Below, in pieces: positions 31,177 through 39,993 of a stretch of 64,000 nt of DNA. This stretch comes from Gammaproteobacteria bacterium. Its GTDB lineage: Bacteria > Pseudomonadota > Gammaproteobacteria > UBA4575. Location of the stretch: assembly GCA_965222615.1 (NCBI GenBank), contig CBDCUI010000008.1, positions 64,001 to 128,000 on the forward strand. Reading direction: 5' to 3'. The first letter of the stretch is position 1. Every line of letters begins with the position of its first letter. A model generated the notes under the pieces. That model worked only from the letters and a program-made list of their open reading frames with translations, had not been told where the DNA came from and did not search any database. The position numbers were made by a program, and so were the translations under genes.

Positions 31177-31887
31177 ATGACCGAAAAGTTTGATCCCACA
31201 AAACAACCCTTACAAGATGTAGTCAGTTCATTGCAATCTACAGATGAACGTGCATGGTTTGAAAATGAATTACAAAAACTTCGTCGGCAACGTAATGATT
31301 TACCAAATAATACAAGTAACTTTGAACGTGCCCAAATCGAGCTGGAAATAGCGCAAGCACTGATTGGCTTAAATCGACTTGAAGAGGCATGGGAGAGTGC
31401 GCGGCCCCTTGTTGAGCTTTTTATTGCTGAAAAAAAATTTGAACATGCAGTTCGTGCTTGTAAAGTTTTATATCAGGCCGATCAAGAAGCATCTATTGCT
31501 GCACTTGGACAGGGCTGTTGGTTAGCAGTTACCTATCCAATCGACCCTGAGTTGTCAGTAGAGATGTTGCATGACATTGTGGATGAAACACCAGATAACT
31601 CAGATGGTGCAGCAGTCGCTGCTATGACGGCACACTATATTGCAGATAAGCGTGCAGTAGACCAACATAAAAATTTAACTTTCCTTACTTCACAAATTAT
31701 CGCCAAAGTAGCCAAGCGTCATCGCAATATCGAAGATGAAGAATCGATCAAAATTTGGATTGAAATTCTAGAGCTCAATGACACCGACAAATTATTTGTG
31801 CGATTAGCCAAGATTTTAGACGTAATGACGGCCGATCAGTGGTGGTTTGATCGGGACCAATTGCGTGCTCAAATACCTGATAATTAA
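31177..31887 (+). CDS. Hypothetical alpha-helical (TPR-like) protein
   Basis: 236-aa ORF; AQALIGLNRLEEAWE resembles TPR helices. Confidence 0.6.
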   Translation: MTEKFDPTKQPLQDVVSSLQSTDERAWFENELQKLRRQRNDLPNNTSNFERAQIELEIAQALIGLNRLEEAWESARPLVELFIAEKKFEHAVRACKVLYQADQEASIAALGQGCWLAVTYPIDPELSVEMLHDIVDETPDNSDGAAVAAMTAHYIADKRAVDQHKNLTFLTSQIIAKVAKRHRNIEDEESIKIWIEILELNDTDKLFVRLAKILDVMTADQWWFDRDQLRAQIPDN

Positions 31888-31903
31888 GAGGAATTTTGGT
31901 TTT

Positions 31904-31919
31904 TGTGACGTTCTTCACA
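31904..31919. promoter_or_regulatory. CRP/Vfr-type binding site upstream of the minor pilin operon
   Basis: Exact TGTGA-N6-TCACA (TGTGAcgttctTCACA). Confidence 0.6.
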
Positions 31920-32054
31920 TGAGCTCTACCCACTAGTCACCTAATCCCTTCCATTAGTGCAGATACAGTGCGCTTTTGAAGCAAAGTTGTAGCTATATCT
32001 CAGTAATAGACGAGCTGTTTTTATACAGTATTTCCTTAAGAGAGTTGGACTTTT

Positions 32055-32642
32055 ATGGAGAGCGTGGTGACATTTTCAGCACAGCATGCTGGTTTCACCC
32101 TGATCGAATTAATGATTGTCGTTGTAGTATTGGCAATCTTTGTCGTAGTAGGTGTACCCAGTTTTCAAAACTTGATTGACGATAATCGTTTGGTAACACA
32201 AGCGAATCGCTTAGTCATGTCTTTACAATTCGCACGTTCTGAAGCTCTTAAATTACGTACCACAGTATCAGTATGTAGGTCAGCAGATGGCGCAAGTTGT
32301 GTAAATGATGGCGCACAAACCTGGGAAACTGGTTGGATTGTTTTTGTTGACGATAATCAGAACAGCTTAGCGGATGCAACGGATGGAAATGGCAATTTAG
32401 ATGGTGGAGAAGCAACCATTATTCAAGCAGTCGGTGCTTTGAGTGTTGGTAATACGTTAAGAGCTGCTGCACCGATGAATAGGCACGTTACTTATTTACC
32501 TTCGGGTTTACAAGATGCAGCGCAAGGTGATTTCCGACTCTGTAGTGGAATTAATCCCGATATAAATCGAGGAAGACAAATTTCCGTTTCGCCAACAGGT
32601 CGTGTGCAAACAGCTAAAGGCGGACTAGCAGCATGTCCATAA
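32055..32642 (+). CDS. Type IV minor pilin FimT/FimU (GspH-like)
   Basis: Prepilin motif G|FTLIELM, plus ARSEA and GWIVF. Confidence 0.9.
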   Translation: MESVVTFSAQHAGFTLIELMIVVVVLAIFVVVGVPSFQNLIDDNRLVTQANRLVMSLQFARSEALKLRTTVSVCRSADGASCVNDGAQTWETGWIVFVDDNQNSLADATDGNGNLDGGEATIIQAVGALSVGNTLRAAAPMNRHVTYLPSGLQDAAQGDFRLCSGINPDINRGRQISVSPTGRVQTAKGGLAACP

Positions 32643-32662
32643 CTGGAATTTATTAACAGATT

Positions 32663-33283
32663 ATGAATCACGTTAAATTCAACGACAGTACGAGCACATG
32701 TTTTGCTAACAAAAACATGTTGGGTTTGTCGTTGATTGAAATTTTAGTGACAGTACTAGTGCTATCGATTGGCTTGCTAGGTATAGCGGGAATGCAGGCC
32801 TTTGGCATGCGTTATAACCATGACTCTTATGCACGTAGTCAAGCCACTACGATTGCCAATGAATTAATTGAAAGAATGCACGCCAATCCGGATGCGGTGA
32901 GTAATGGTGATTATGAAGATGCAGATACGGCGTTAAATGGTGGTGCCAATTGCACCAATCTAGGCGATCCGTCTAATCCCGCTAATCCAGCACCTGCTTG
33001 TACTAGGACAAATGTTTGCACTGTCACTGAGCTTGCACAAGTTGACGTGTTTCGAATGGTATGTGGGCAATTTCTCGCAGGTCCCAATACATTGATCGGT
33101 GGAGTAACAAATTTACTCCCAAATGGAAGGCTTGCAATTACCTGTACCGATGCCGATGCGGGTGACGGCATTGCCTGTACCGGTGATAACACACGAATTA
33201 TTACGATTAGTTGGCAAGATCCAGATGACAAGGGAAATGTTAATTCCACTTTGCAAGTACAAATTAATGCAAGATTTTTATAA
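32663..33283 (+). CDS. pilV: Type IV minor pilin PilV
   Basis: G|LSLIEILV, GLLGIAGMQ, RSQA and ERMHAN. Confidence 0.88.
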   Translation: MNHVKFNDSTSTCFANKNMLGLSLIEILVTVLVLSIGLLGIAGMQAFGMRYNHDSYARSQATTIANELIERMHANPDAVSNGDYEDADTALNGGANCTNLGDPSNPANPAPACTRTNVCTVTELAQVDVFRMVCGQFLAGPNTLIGGVTNLLPNGRLAITCTDADAGDGIACTGDNTRIITISWQDPDDKGNVNSTLQVQINARFL

Positions 33284-33289
33284 AAGATT

Positions 33290-34003
33290 ATGAATGTATA
33301 TACGAAACAACATGGTCTGTCTTTAGTAGAACTAATGGTTGCTTTGGCATTGTCATTAGTTGTACTACTGATTACGACAGGAATGTATGTTAGTAATAAA
33401 CAAACTTATCGATTTCTAGATCAATATAGTTTGATACAAGAAAATGGTCGTTTTGCCATTTTCTTTTTACGCGAAAATATTTTACAAGCGGGGTACCCGC
33501 GTCAAGCAAATGTAAATGCGTTTCCTACTTTGCCTGTAAATAATGCTATCACAGCAGGTAGTGACAGCATCATTGTACAGTTTCGATCGACGGCGGATTG
33601 TGTTAATGCACCGACGCCATTGGTCCCTCCGATTACTGGAGATCCAACAGCAACTAATAGTTTTCAGATTGTCAATGGCCGTTTGCAATGTAATGGCCAA
33701 GACTTAGTAGACGGAATTCAAAATATGCAAGTGCAGTATGGGGTAGATACTGACAATGATGGTATAGCCAACTCCTACGCAGATTCTGATCAGGTGCAGG
33801 CGGGCATTGCAGGTGTATCATGGAATGAAGTAGTTTCGGTGCGAATAGCCATATTGGTACAAGGGCAAGCCAATACTCTCGATCAGGCACAAGCAATTAC
33901 TTATAACTTGCTTGACCAATCGACTCAGATTACTGACACCACACCGCGACGTGTATTCACTACCACTATTCCTTTACGTAACCGAAACAAGTCAATTATT
34001 TAG
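33290..34003 (+). CDS. pilW: Type IV minor pilin PilW
   Basis: G|LSLVELMVAL, QENGRFA, QAGY and MQVQYGVD. Confidence 0.88.
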   Translation: MNVYTKQHGLSLVELMVALALSLVVLLITTGMYVSNKQTYRFLDQYSLIQENGRFAIFFLRENILQAGYPRQANVNAFPTLPVNNAITAGSDSIIVQFRSTADCVNAPTPLVPPITGDPTATNSFQIVNGRLQCNGQDLVDGIQNMQVQYGVDTDNDGIANSYADSDQVQAGIAGVSWNEVVSVRIAILVQGQANTLDQAQAITYNLLDQSTQITDTTPRRVFTTTIPLRNRNKSII

Positions 34004-34016
34004 TGAGGCTGAAGAT

Positions 34017-34538
34017 ATGAACACACATCAACAACAGCGTGGATTTGTATTAGTCGTTGGTTTATTGATGCTATTGGTAATTACCATTGTAGGAGTTACT
34101 GCAATGAGTGGCACGACTTCCAATGAGCGTATGACTGCGAACAATCAGTTTCAAACCTTAAGTTTTCAAGCTGCAGAATCTGCGATTCACGATGTGTTTA
34201 ATCCGACTGCAGTCACGCCATCCATTAATGCATATACGGCTACAACGCCTCCTGGATCATTAGCCGCATCTACTAATTATGACGTGAATGTGAGTGGTGG
34301 CAATAATGTAGCAGTAACGGCTGATTCAGATATTCAGTTTTGTGGTGAAGAACAGTCAGTGGGGTTTCAATATTGCAATGGCTTAGATCCATGTAATTTA
34401 GACCGTGTATATGATGTTGAGGGAACCGGTACGGTTGCCACATTAGGTACACAAGAGCGGCATTTACGTCGAGGTGCACAGTTTATTACAGGCATAGGTA
34501 TAAAATTTGATACAACTGTTTGTCAACAAGTGCAGTAG
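34017..34538 (+). CDS. pilX: Type IV minor pilin PilX
   Basis: QRG|FVLVVGL (no Glu5), ERMTAN and FQAAES. Start at MNTHQ after GAGG. Confidence 0.88.
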   Translation: MNTHQQQRGFVLVVGLLMLLVITIVGVTAMSGTTSNERMTANNQFQTLSFQAAESAIHDVFNPTAVTPSINAYTATTPPGSLAASTNYDVNVSGGNNVAVTADSDIQFCGEEQSVGFQYCNGLDPCNLDRVYDVEGTGTVATLGTQERHLRRGAQFITGIGIKFDTTVCQQVQ

Positions 34539-34585
34539 ACCGAAAAGGAATTTAGTTTAATTTAAATAGTAAAGAGTTGGAAATT

Positions 34586-37500
34586 ATGAAAACACTATTA
34601 AGGAAGTTTAGTTTAAGTCTTTCAATATCATCACTGATATTTATCTCTAGTTTTACGCAAGGACTAGCAGACGATATTGAAATTTATAATCGTACACAAA
34701 CAATACCCAATGTATTATTTGTAATTGATGCATCAGGCAGCATGAATGACCCTGCGGGTAGCGGTGGGTCATCTCGTTTAGATGTTGTTAAAAGTGCTTT
34801 TGGCAGCATATTAAGCCAACCATACTCATTATTGAATGTAGGATTTATGGATTTTAGAAGCTGGACGGGTAGCGGTGTCGATTTGCCGGTTGCCGATGTA
34901 AATCAACTTGCTAATAATGTTGAGCCTGGAGTGACTAGTTCGACTGAGACTTACGCAGAGCTACTAACACGTAGCACAAATGCGCTAAGTGCAAGTGGTG
35001 ATACTCCTACAGTAGAAGCTCTATATGAAGCAGCTTTATATTTTCGTGGTGCCGAACCACATGAAGGGGATCGTGATGACCCACACACAAGTTGGAACAA
35101 TTCAACTGCCAAATATCAGGGAGGTCATTGGACTTCTGCGGGTCTACGCACCTATGAAAACGGAACCATCGTTACTCAAAACGGATGGTGGTGTTTAAAT
35201 GAGCCGTGGTTTTCTGGTTCAGATTATGGCGAGTGTGGCAGCCAGTCTATAGATACTTCAACCTGTGAAAATTATACAGATCAGCGTTGTACTGGCTCAT
35301 ATGTCTGTAATGGTGGAACCACCTCAGAAGGGAATTGTCCAGGGGGTTGGACGTGTTCTGGAAGTTTAATCAGTGAAACACATGAGCGTTGTAGGCTTAT
35401 TGAGCAACGTTTGGTAGGTTCAAACTATGTAACGCCCATTCAGTCAGCTTGTACGGAAAATTACATTGTGTTGTTGTCCGATGGCATTCCAACTGAAGAT
35501 GATTATTGGACTGATCAAGGTATTAAAACGCTGACTGGAAAATCTACCTGTGATGATTTGGGTGCACTGGGAATTACAGATACAACGATTATAGATAAAG
35601 GTGCATGTGGCGTTGATTTATTAAAGTATTTAAACACAGTAGATCAAAGCTCAAGTACTGCTGGTACCAATCAACCAGGTAATCAGTTTATCACTACTCA
35701 CACCATTGGTTTTCAGCTTGGTGCAACTTCAGAAGGTAAAAAATATTTAGATGAGTTAGCCAAAGCTGGTGGGGGTAATTTTTATAATGCAGGTGATCCA
35801 TCTTCTTTGGTAACCGCTTTACAAAACATCGTTGGGAGTATCGCACAAAAACCTCGTACGATTGCACGCGTGGCTAACACACTGGATTTAAGTAACCTTT
35901 CACAAAGTCGCAATGAGCTTTACATGCCATTGTTTACTCCAGAGCCTAATCAACCGCGTTGGCCAGGAAATTTAAAGGGTTATATGTTGGACCCTATAAG
36001 TTTTTCAGTTGGTTTAGATGGTAACGCAACATTTTTAGCAAACGGAGATTTTAATTCTGCAACACGCAGCTTTTGGTCTATTACTGCAGATGGTGGTAAT
36101 GTTGGTGCTGGTGGAGCAGCAGGCCAACTCAATCCAGGTACAAGAACTGTAAAAACAGATGATGGGCCTGGAACATCACGTAGCTTTCAAGACTTATCTT
36201 CATCAAATACTACTTTGACAAGTGATCCAGCATTATTTGGATTACCGGGCACAACCTCTACAGCTGCTATGCAAGCTCATATCGAGTGGGCACGAGGTGT
36301 AGATGTCGACGATGAAGATGGTGATGGCAGCAACACCGATGCACGCAATTTTATCGGTGATGCCTTACACACGAATCCAATTGTTGCTAACTATGATGGT
36401 TCATATACTGATCCGGCATTAGGCGGCCCCATCGATCGAGTTGTGTATTTCATGACAAACGAAGGCTTTGTGCATGCGATTAATGTAACCGGTAATACAT
36501 CGACAAGTGGGGGTACAGAATTGTTTGCCTACATGCCTAGTGAGTTGTTAGACAACATAGATCCATTACGAAGAAATGTTGGTGGAGATCCAAAAGTGTA
36601 TGGTTTAGACGGGCCACTCACATTACATCAAGTGGGTGGACTCATTAATGTTAGTGGGCCTAAATATTTATACTTTGGTATGCGTCGTGGCGGCATGAAT
36701 TATTACGCCTTAAATGTAACAGACCCGACGAGCCCCTCCCTCATGTGGGTAATCGAGGGTGGTAGTGGCGATTTCCAAGAAATGGGTCAATCTTGGTCTA
36801 AGCCAATTACTGCTAAGGTGAGACACGATGGCATGGATAAATTAGCGTTGGTAATCGGTGGTGGTTATGACACCACGCAAGATTCAGCCGCCACATACAC
36901 TGCAGACACAAAAGGGCGCGCAGTGTATATCGTAGATGCGGAGACTGGCCAGAAACTTTGGTCTGTAGGTACGAATTCGATCTCAAATCCGAGTCCGGAT
37001 TTACATGATTTAAAACTAGCAATGGAGAATGGTATCGCGGGAGATGTATCCGTAATCGATCTCAATAACGATAAGGTAGCCGACCGACTTTACTTTGGTG
37101 ATACAGGTGGACATGTTTGGCGAGTAGATTTTCATGGTGATTTGAAAACAGGTTCAGCTGGTCCATCTAACGACTATTCAGGTTATTTATTTGCAGATCT
37201 GAATGGTAGTGCAGTGAATGACAATCGACGTTTCTTCACACGACCAGTTGTTGCTTTGACTACCAATGGTAAGTTGGCAGTTACATTTGGTTCTGGCCAT
37301 CGATCGCATCCATTAGATCCAGCAGTTGAGGATCGTTTTTATACTATCTATGATCCAAACATCAATGCTGCACCAAGTAGCCCACCCAGTGCAGTTACTG
37401 AAAGTAATTTGCAAAATATTACTAATTTCACAACGGGCTATACAGATACTTCGAAGACGGGTTGGTTAATACAACTGGGGACAGGTGAAAAAGTATTTAA

Positions 37501-37813
37501 TGAAGCTACGATTGCTAATAGCCAAGTCTTTTTTACAACGTACTTCCCACCTGCAACGATTTGTAACAACGATCCAAATGGCGCCCACTTTTTCGTAGTA
37601 GATCTTGAAGGTAGGGCCACCCAAGATCTTGACGGCAACCCTGGAAACGGTCATGAAGCGTATGTCACGATTAATACTCACGGTATACTTCCAGGTATTG
37701 AATTGATCCATACTAACAAAGAGACAGTAGGTGTATTTCCTCCAGAAAAGAAAAAAATATTGCCGAAAGGTGGGCTTAGAGATCGCTTCTGGACTAATAC
37801 TCCTCCTCCATAA
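34586..37813 (+). CDS. pilY1: PilY1/PilC adhesin with vWA domain
   Basis: Signal peptide, MIDAS DASGS, WPGNLKGY, GDALHTNP, YGLDGP, GMRRGG and GGGYD; located after pilX. Confidence 0.9.
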   Translation: MKTLLRKFSLSLSISSLIFISSFTQGLADDIEIYNRTQTIPNVLFVIDASGSMNDPAGSGGSSRLDVVKSAFGSILSQPYSLLNVGFMDFRSWTGSGVDLPVADVNQLANNVEPGVTSSTETYAELLTRSTNALSASGDTPTVEALYEAALYFRGAEPHEGDRDDPHTSWNNSTAKYQGGHWTSAGLRTYENGTIVTQNGWWCLNEPWFSGSDYGECGSQSIDTSTCENYTDQRCTGSYVCNGGTTSEGNCPGGWTCSGSLISETHERCRLIEQRLVGSNYVTPIQSACTENYIVLLSDGIPTEDDYWTDQGIKTLTGKSTCDDLGALGITDTTIIDKGACGVDLLKYLNTVDQSSSTAGTNQPGNQFITTHTIGFQLGATSEGKKYLDELAKAGGGNFYNAGDPSSLVTALQNIVGSIAQKPRTIARVANTLDLSNLSQSRNELYMPLFTPEPNQPRWPGNLKGYMLDPISFSVGLDGNATFLANGDFNSATRSFWSITADGGNVGAGGAAGQLNPGTRTVKTDDGPGTSRSFQDLSSSNTTLTSDPALFGLPGTTSTAAMQAHIEWARGVDVDDEDGDGSNTDARNFIGDALHTNPIVANYDGSYTDPALGGPIDRVVYFMTNEGFVHAINVTGNTSTSGGTELFAYMPSELLDNIDPLRRNVGGDPKVYGLDGPLTLHQVGGLINVSGPKYLYFGMRRGGMNYYALNVTDPTSPSLMWVIEGGSGDFQEMGQSWSKPITAKVRHDGMDKLALVIGGGYDTTQDSAATYTADTKGRAVYIVDAETGQKLWSVGTNSISNPSPDLHDLKLAMENGIAGDVSVIDLNNDKVADRLYFGDTGGHVWRVDFHGDLKTGSAGPSNDYSGYLFADLNGSAVNDNRRFFTRPVVALTTNGKLAVTFGSGHRSHPLDPAVEDRFYTIYDPNINAAPSSPPSAVTESNLQNITNFTTGYTDTSKTGWLIQLGTGEKVFNEATIANSQVFFTTYFPPATICNNDPNGAHFFVVDLEGRATQDLDGNPGNGHEAYVTINTHGILPGIELIHTNKETVGVFPPEKKKILPKGGLRDRFWTNTPPP

Positions 37814-37833
37814 GTATAGATTTATACCTAAAC

Positions 37834-37865
37834 AAAAAACGCCGCAGTTATTGCGGCGTTTTTTT
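37834..37865. terminator. Bidirectional terminator
   Basis: A6-CGCCGCA-gttat-TGCGGCG-T7 between convergent genes. Confidence 0.85.
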
Positions 37866-37885
37866 ATGCGAGCTTGAAAACCAGA

Positions 37886-38542
37886 TTAATTATATTTTTT
37901 GGCATATTCTTCATAAGAGCCATGAAAACCCTGATGCTCTTCTTTATTAAATGGGGTTTCTTCAGAGTTAGATAGAGGTGTTTGTTTACCGTCGCCAAAT
38001 TTTGCAAGATAACCATCAATCGAACCATGATAGGCATCACTATCACTTTTGTCTGAACTTGAAGATTTCCTTTCAGCTTTTGTTGTGTACTCCTCCATCG
38101 TCATGGAAGAAGCCGAAGCATGACCTGATGATGCTTGTTTAGTTGATGCTGTTTGCGTGCTTTGTCCAAGGTAGTCTTCAATTGAGCCTGAGAATCCTTG
38201 ATGATCTTTGACAGCAGCTTCTAGTTGCTTATTACGCTTTGTCGTTAATTGTGCAAGATAATCGTCGATTGAACCTGAGAAGCCCTTATGGTTAGTACTA
38301 TTATCTTTAGCTGTAGTTTTGTTACTAGATTTTTTTTCAGTAGATTGAGTCGATTGTTTGGCTTGGTAATTGGACGACTTGTTAGTCGTTGGAGATGTAT
38401 CGTTACTAGCTTGTTTGTTTGCAGTAGTTTTAGTGGGTTCTTGACTTTGTCTACTGCAGCCATTGATAAAAAATGCGGCTAGTACCGCAAGGATTACGAT
38501 CCCGACTAAAGGCCAAAAATATTTTTCATGTAGTGCGGCCAT
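37886..38542 (-). CDS. Membrane-anchored low-complexity protein with HxGFxGSxxxY repeats
   Basis: N-terminal TM, S/T/K/Q-rich linkers and repeated motifs; GAGG SD. Confidence 0.7.
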   Translation of the reverse strand: MAALHEKYFWPLVGIVILAVLAAFFINGCSRQSQEPTKTTANKQASNDTSPTTNKSSNYQAKQSTQSTEKKSSNKTTAKDNSTNHKGFSGSIDDYLAQLTTKRNKQLEAAVKDHQGFSGSIEDYLGQSTQTASTKQASSGHASASSMTMEEYTTKAERKSSSSDKSDSDAYHGSIDGYLAKFGDGKQTPLSNSEETPFNKEEHQGFHGSYEEYAKKYN

Positions 38543-38682
38543 TGTAGTTACCTCGTTATGGTTTTAGGTAATAATTATTATGAGCTATTTTACGTAATTG
38601 TAGATCTTTATGCATGTGATCGATAGCTTATGCCTTAAAATTATTCTAGTTATTTATACATGCAATCATTAAAAAAAATGAA

Positions 38683-39753
38683 ATGACACGTCAGATCATA
38701 CATATTGACATGGATGCATTCTATGCTGCGGTGGAACAAAGAGATTTTCCACAATATCGCAATAAACCCTTGATCGTGGGTGGAGATCCCGCCGCTCGTG
38801 GTGTGGTGGCAACCTGCAGTTACGAGGCGCGAAAATTCGGTATTCATTCGGCCATGCCTTGTGCCCATGCCTTACGTTTGTGCCCACAAGCCATATTTGT
38901 GCGACCGCGATTTGAAATCTATCGCCAAATTTCACAACAAATACGCCAAATTATGTACCGTTATACAAATGTAATAGAGCCACTATCACTAGATGAAGCC
39001 TATCTTGATGTGACTCAATGTAAACGCCGTGTAGGTTCCCCCACATTAATCGCTAAAACTATAAAAACAGAAATATTTGAACGTACACGATTAAGCGCAT
39101 CGGCAGGAATTTCCTACAATAAATTTTTGGCTAAAATCGCCTCGGATTTGGATAAGCCTGATGGGCTTACCTTGATCACGGAAAAACAAGGGCCAGATTT
39201 TGTAAAACAATTACCCATTGATAAGTTTTATGGAATCGGTCCCGCGATCGCAGCCAAAATGCAAAATTTAGGGATCTACACAGGTGAGGATTTATTGGCT
39301 TGGTCCATAGAAGAACTGAAACCCTTTTTTGGGAAAGCCAGTCACTACTATTATTACGCGGCACGCGGCATCGATGAGCGTGAGGTACAAAGCCATCGCG
39401 AGCGTAAATCCATTGGTTCTGAAAAAACTTTTCACGAGGACATAGTGGACCCCAACGTTATGTTGACTAAATTGCAGCATCTAGCTGGTGAGGTGTGGGA
39501 AGAGATGCAGGTAAAAGAAGTTACGGCTAAAACCGTTACTGTCAAAGTAAAGTTTGATAACTTTGTGCAGGTGACCCGCGCCAAGTCAGTGAGTCATAAC
39601 ATTACTTCATTGGAAAATATTACTGCGCATTTACAGGAATTGCTGACTAAAGCAGAGGTGCACAACCGACGCGTACGCTTATTAGGGGTGACAGTGTCTA
39701 ATTTGGAAGCCCTAAAAAGTTTAAAAAAGGAGCAACAATTAAGTCTGCTTTAG
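38683..39753 (+). CDS. dinB: DNA polymerase IV
   Basis: HIDMDAFYA, SYEARKFG, SLDEAYLD and KIASD..KP.G. Confidence 0.96.
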   Translation: MTRQIIHIDMDAFYAAVEQRDFPQYRNKPLIVGGDPAARGVVATCSYEARKFGIHSAMPCAHALRLCPQAIFVRPRFEIYRQISQQIRQIMYRYTNVIEPLSLDEAYLDVTQCKRRVGSPTLIAKTIKTEIFERTRLSASAGISYNKFLAKIASDLDKPDGLTLITEKQGPDFVKQLPIDKFYGIGPAIAAKMQNLGIYTGEDLLAWSIEELKPFFGKASHYYYYAARGIDEREVQSHRERKSIGSEKTFHEDIVDPNVMLTKLQHLAGEVWEEMQVKEVTAKTVTVKVKFDNFVQVTRAKSVSHNITSLENITAHLQELLTKAEVHNRRVRLLGVTVSNLEALKSLKKEQQLSLL

Positions 39754-39993
39754 GATCCAATTTAAACCATATACCATATAAAAATCCCCATTATTTTGTT
39801 CGAACTAAAGCACTTTATATGATTGAATTTACACAAACTAAATCCCTTATATTTTATAGTCTTATTTCTCAATTTTTGGTATGGCAGTTGAGTTGTAGAG
39901 TGCGAAACCTTGTAGTAATGTCTACTTAAAAGGAAGTGACTATTTAGCAAGTCATATCACACGCTCTATATCATAGAGTTGCGGAGGAAACCT

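Noticed and set aside
32015-32028. LexA-like CTG...CAG box
   Set aside because: The spacer is 8 nt rather than 10. No canonical box was seen upstream of dinB either.
39876-39897. Possible sigma54 promoter upstream of the Mo enzyme
   Set aside because: Both registers give GG-N10-GA or GG-N10-GT, not GG-N10-GC.
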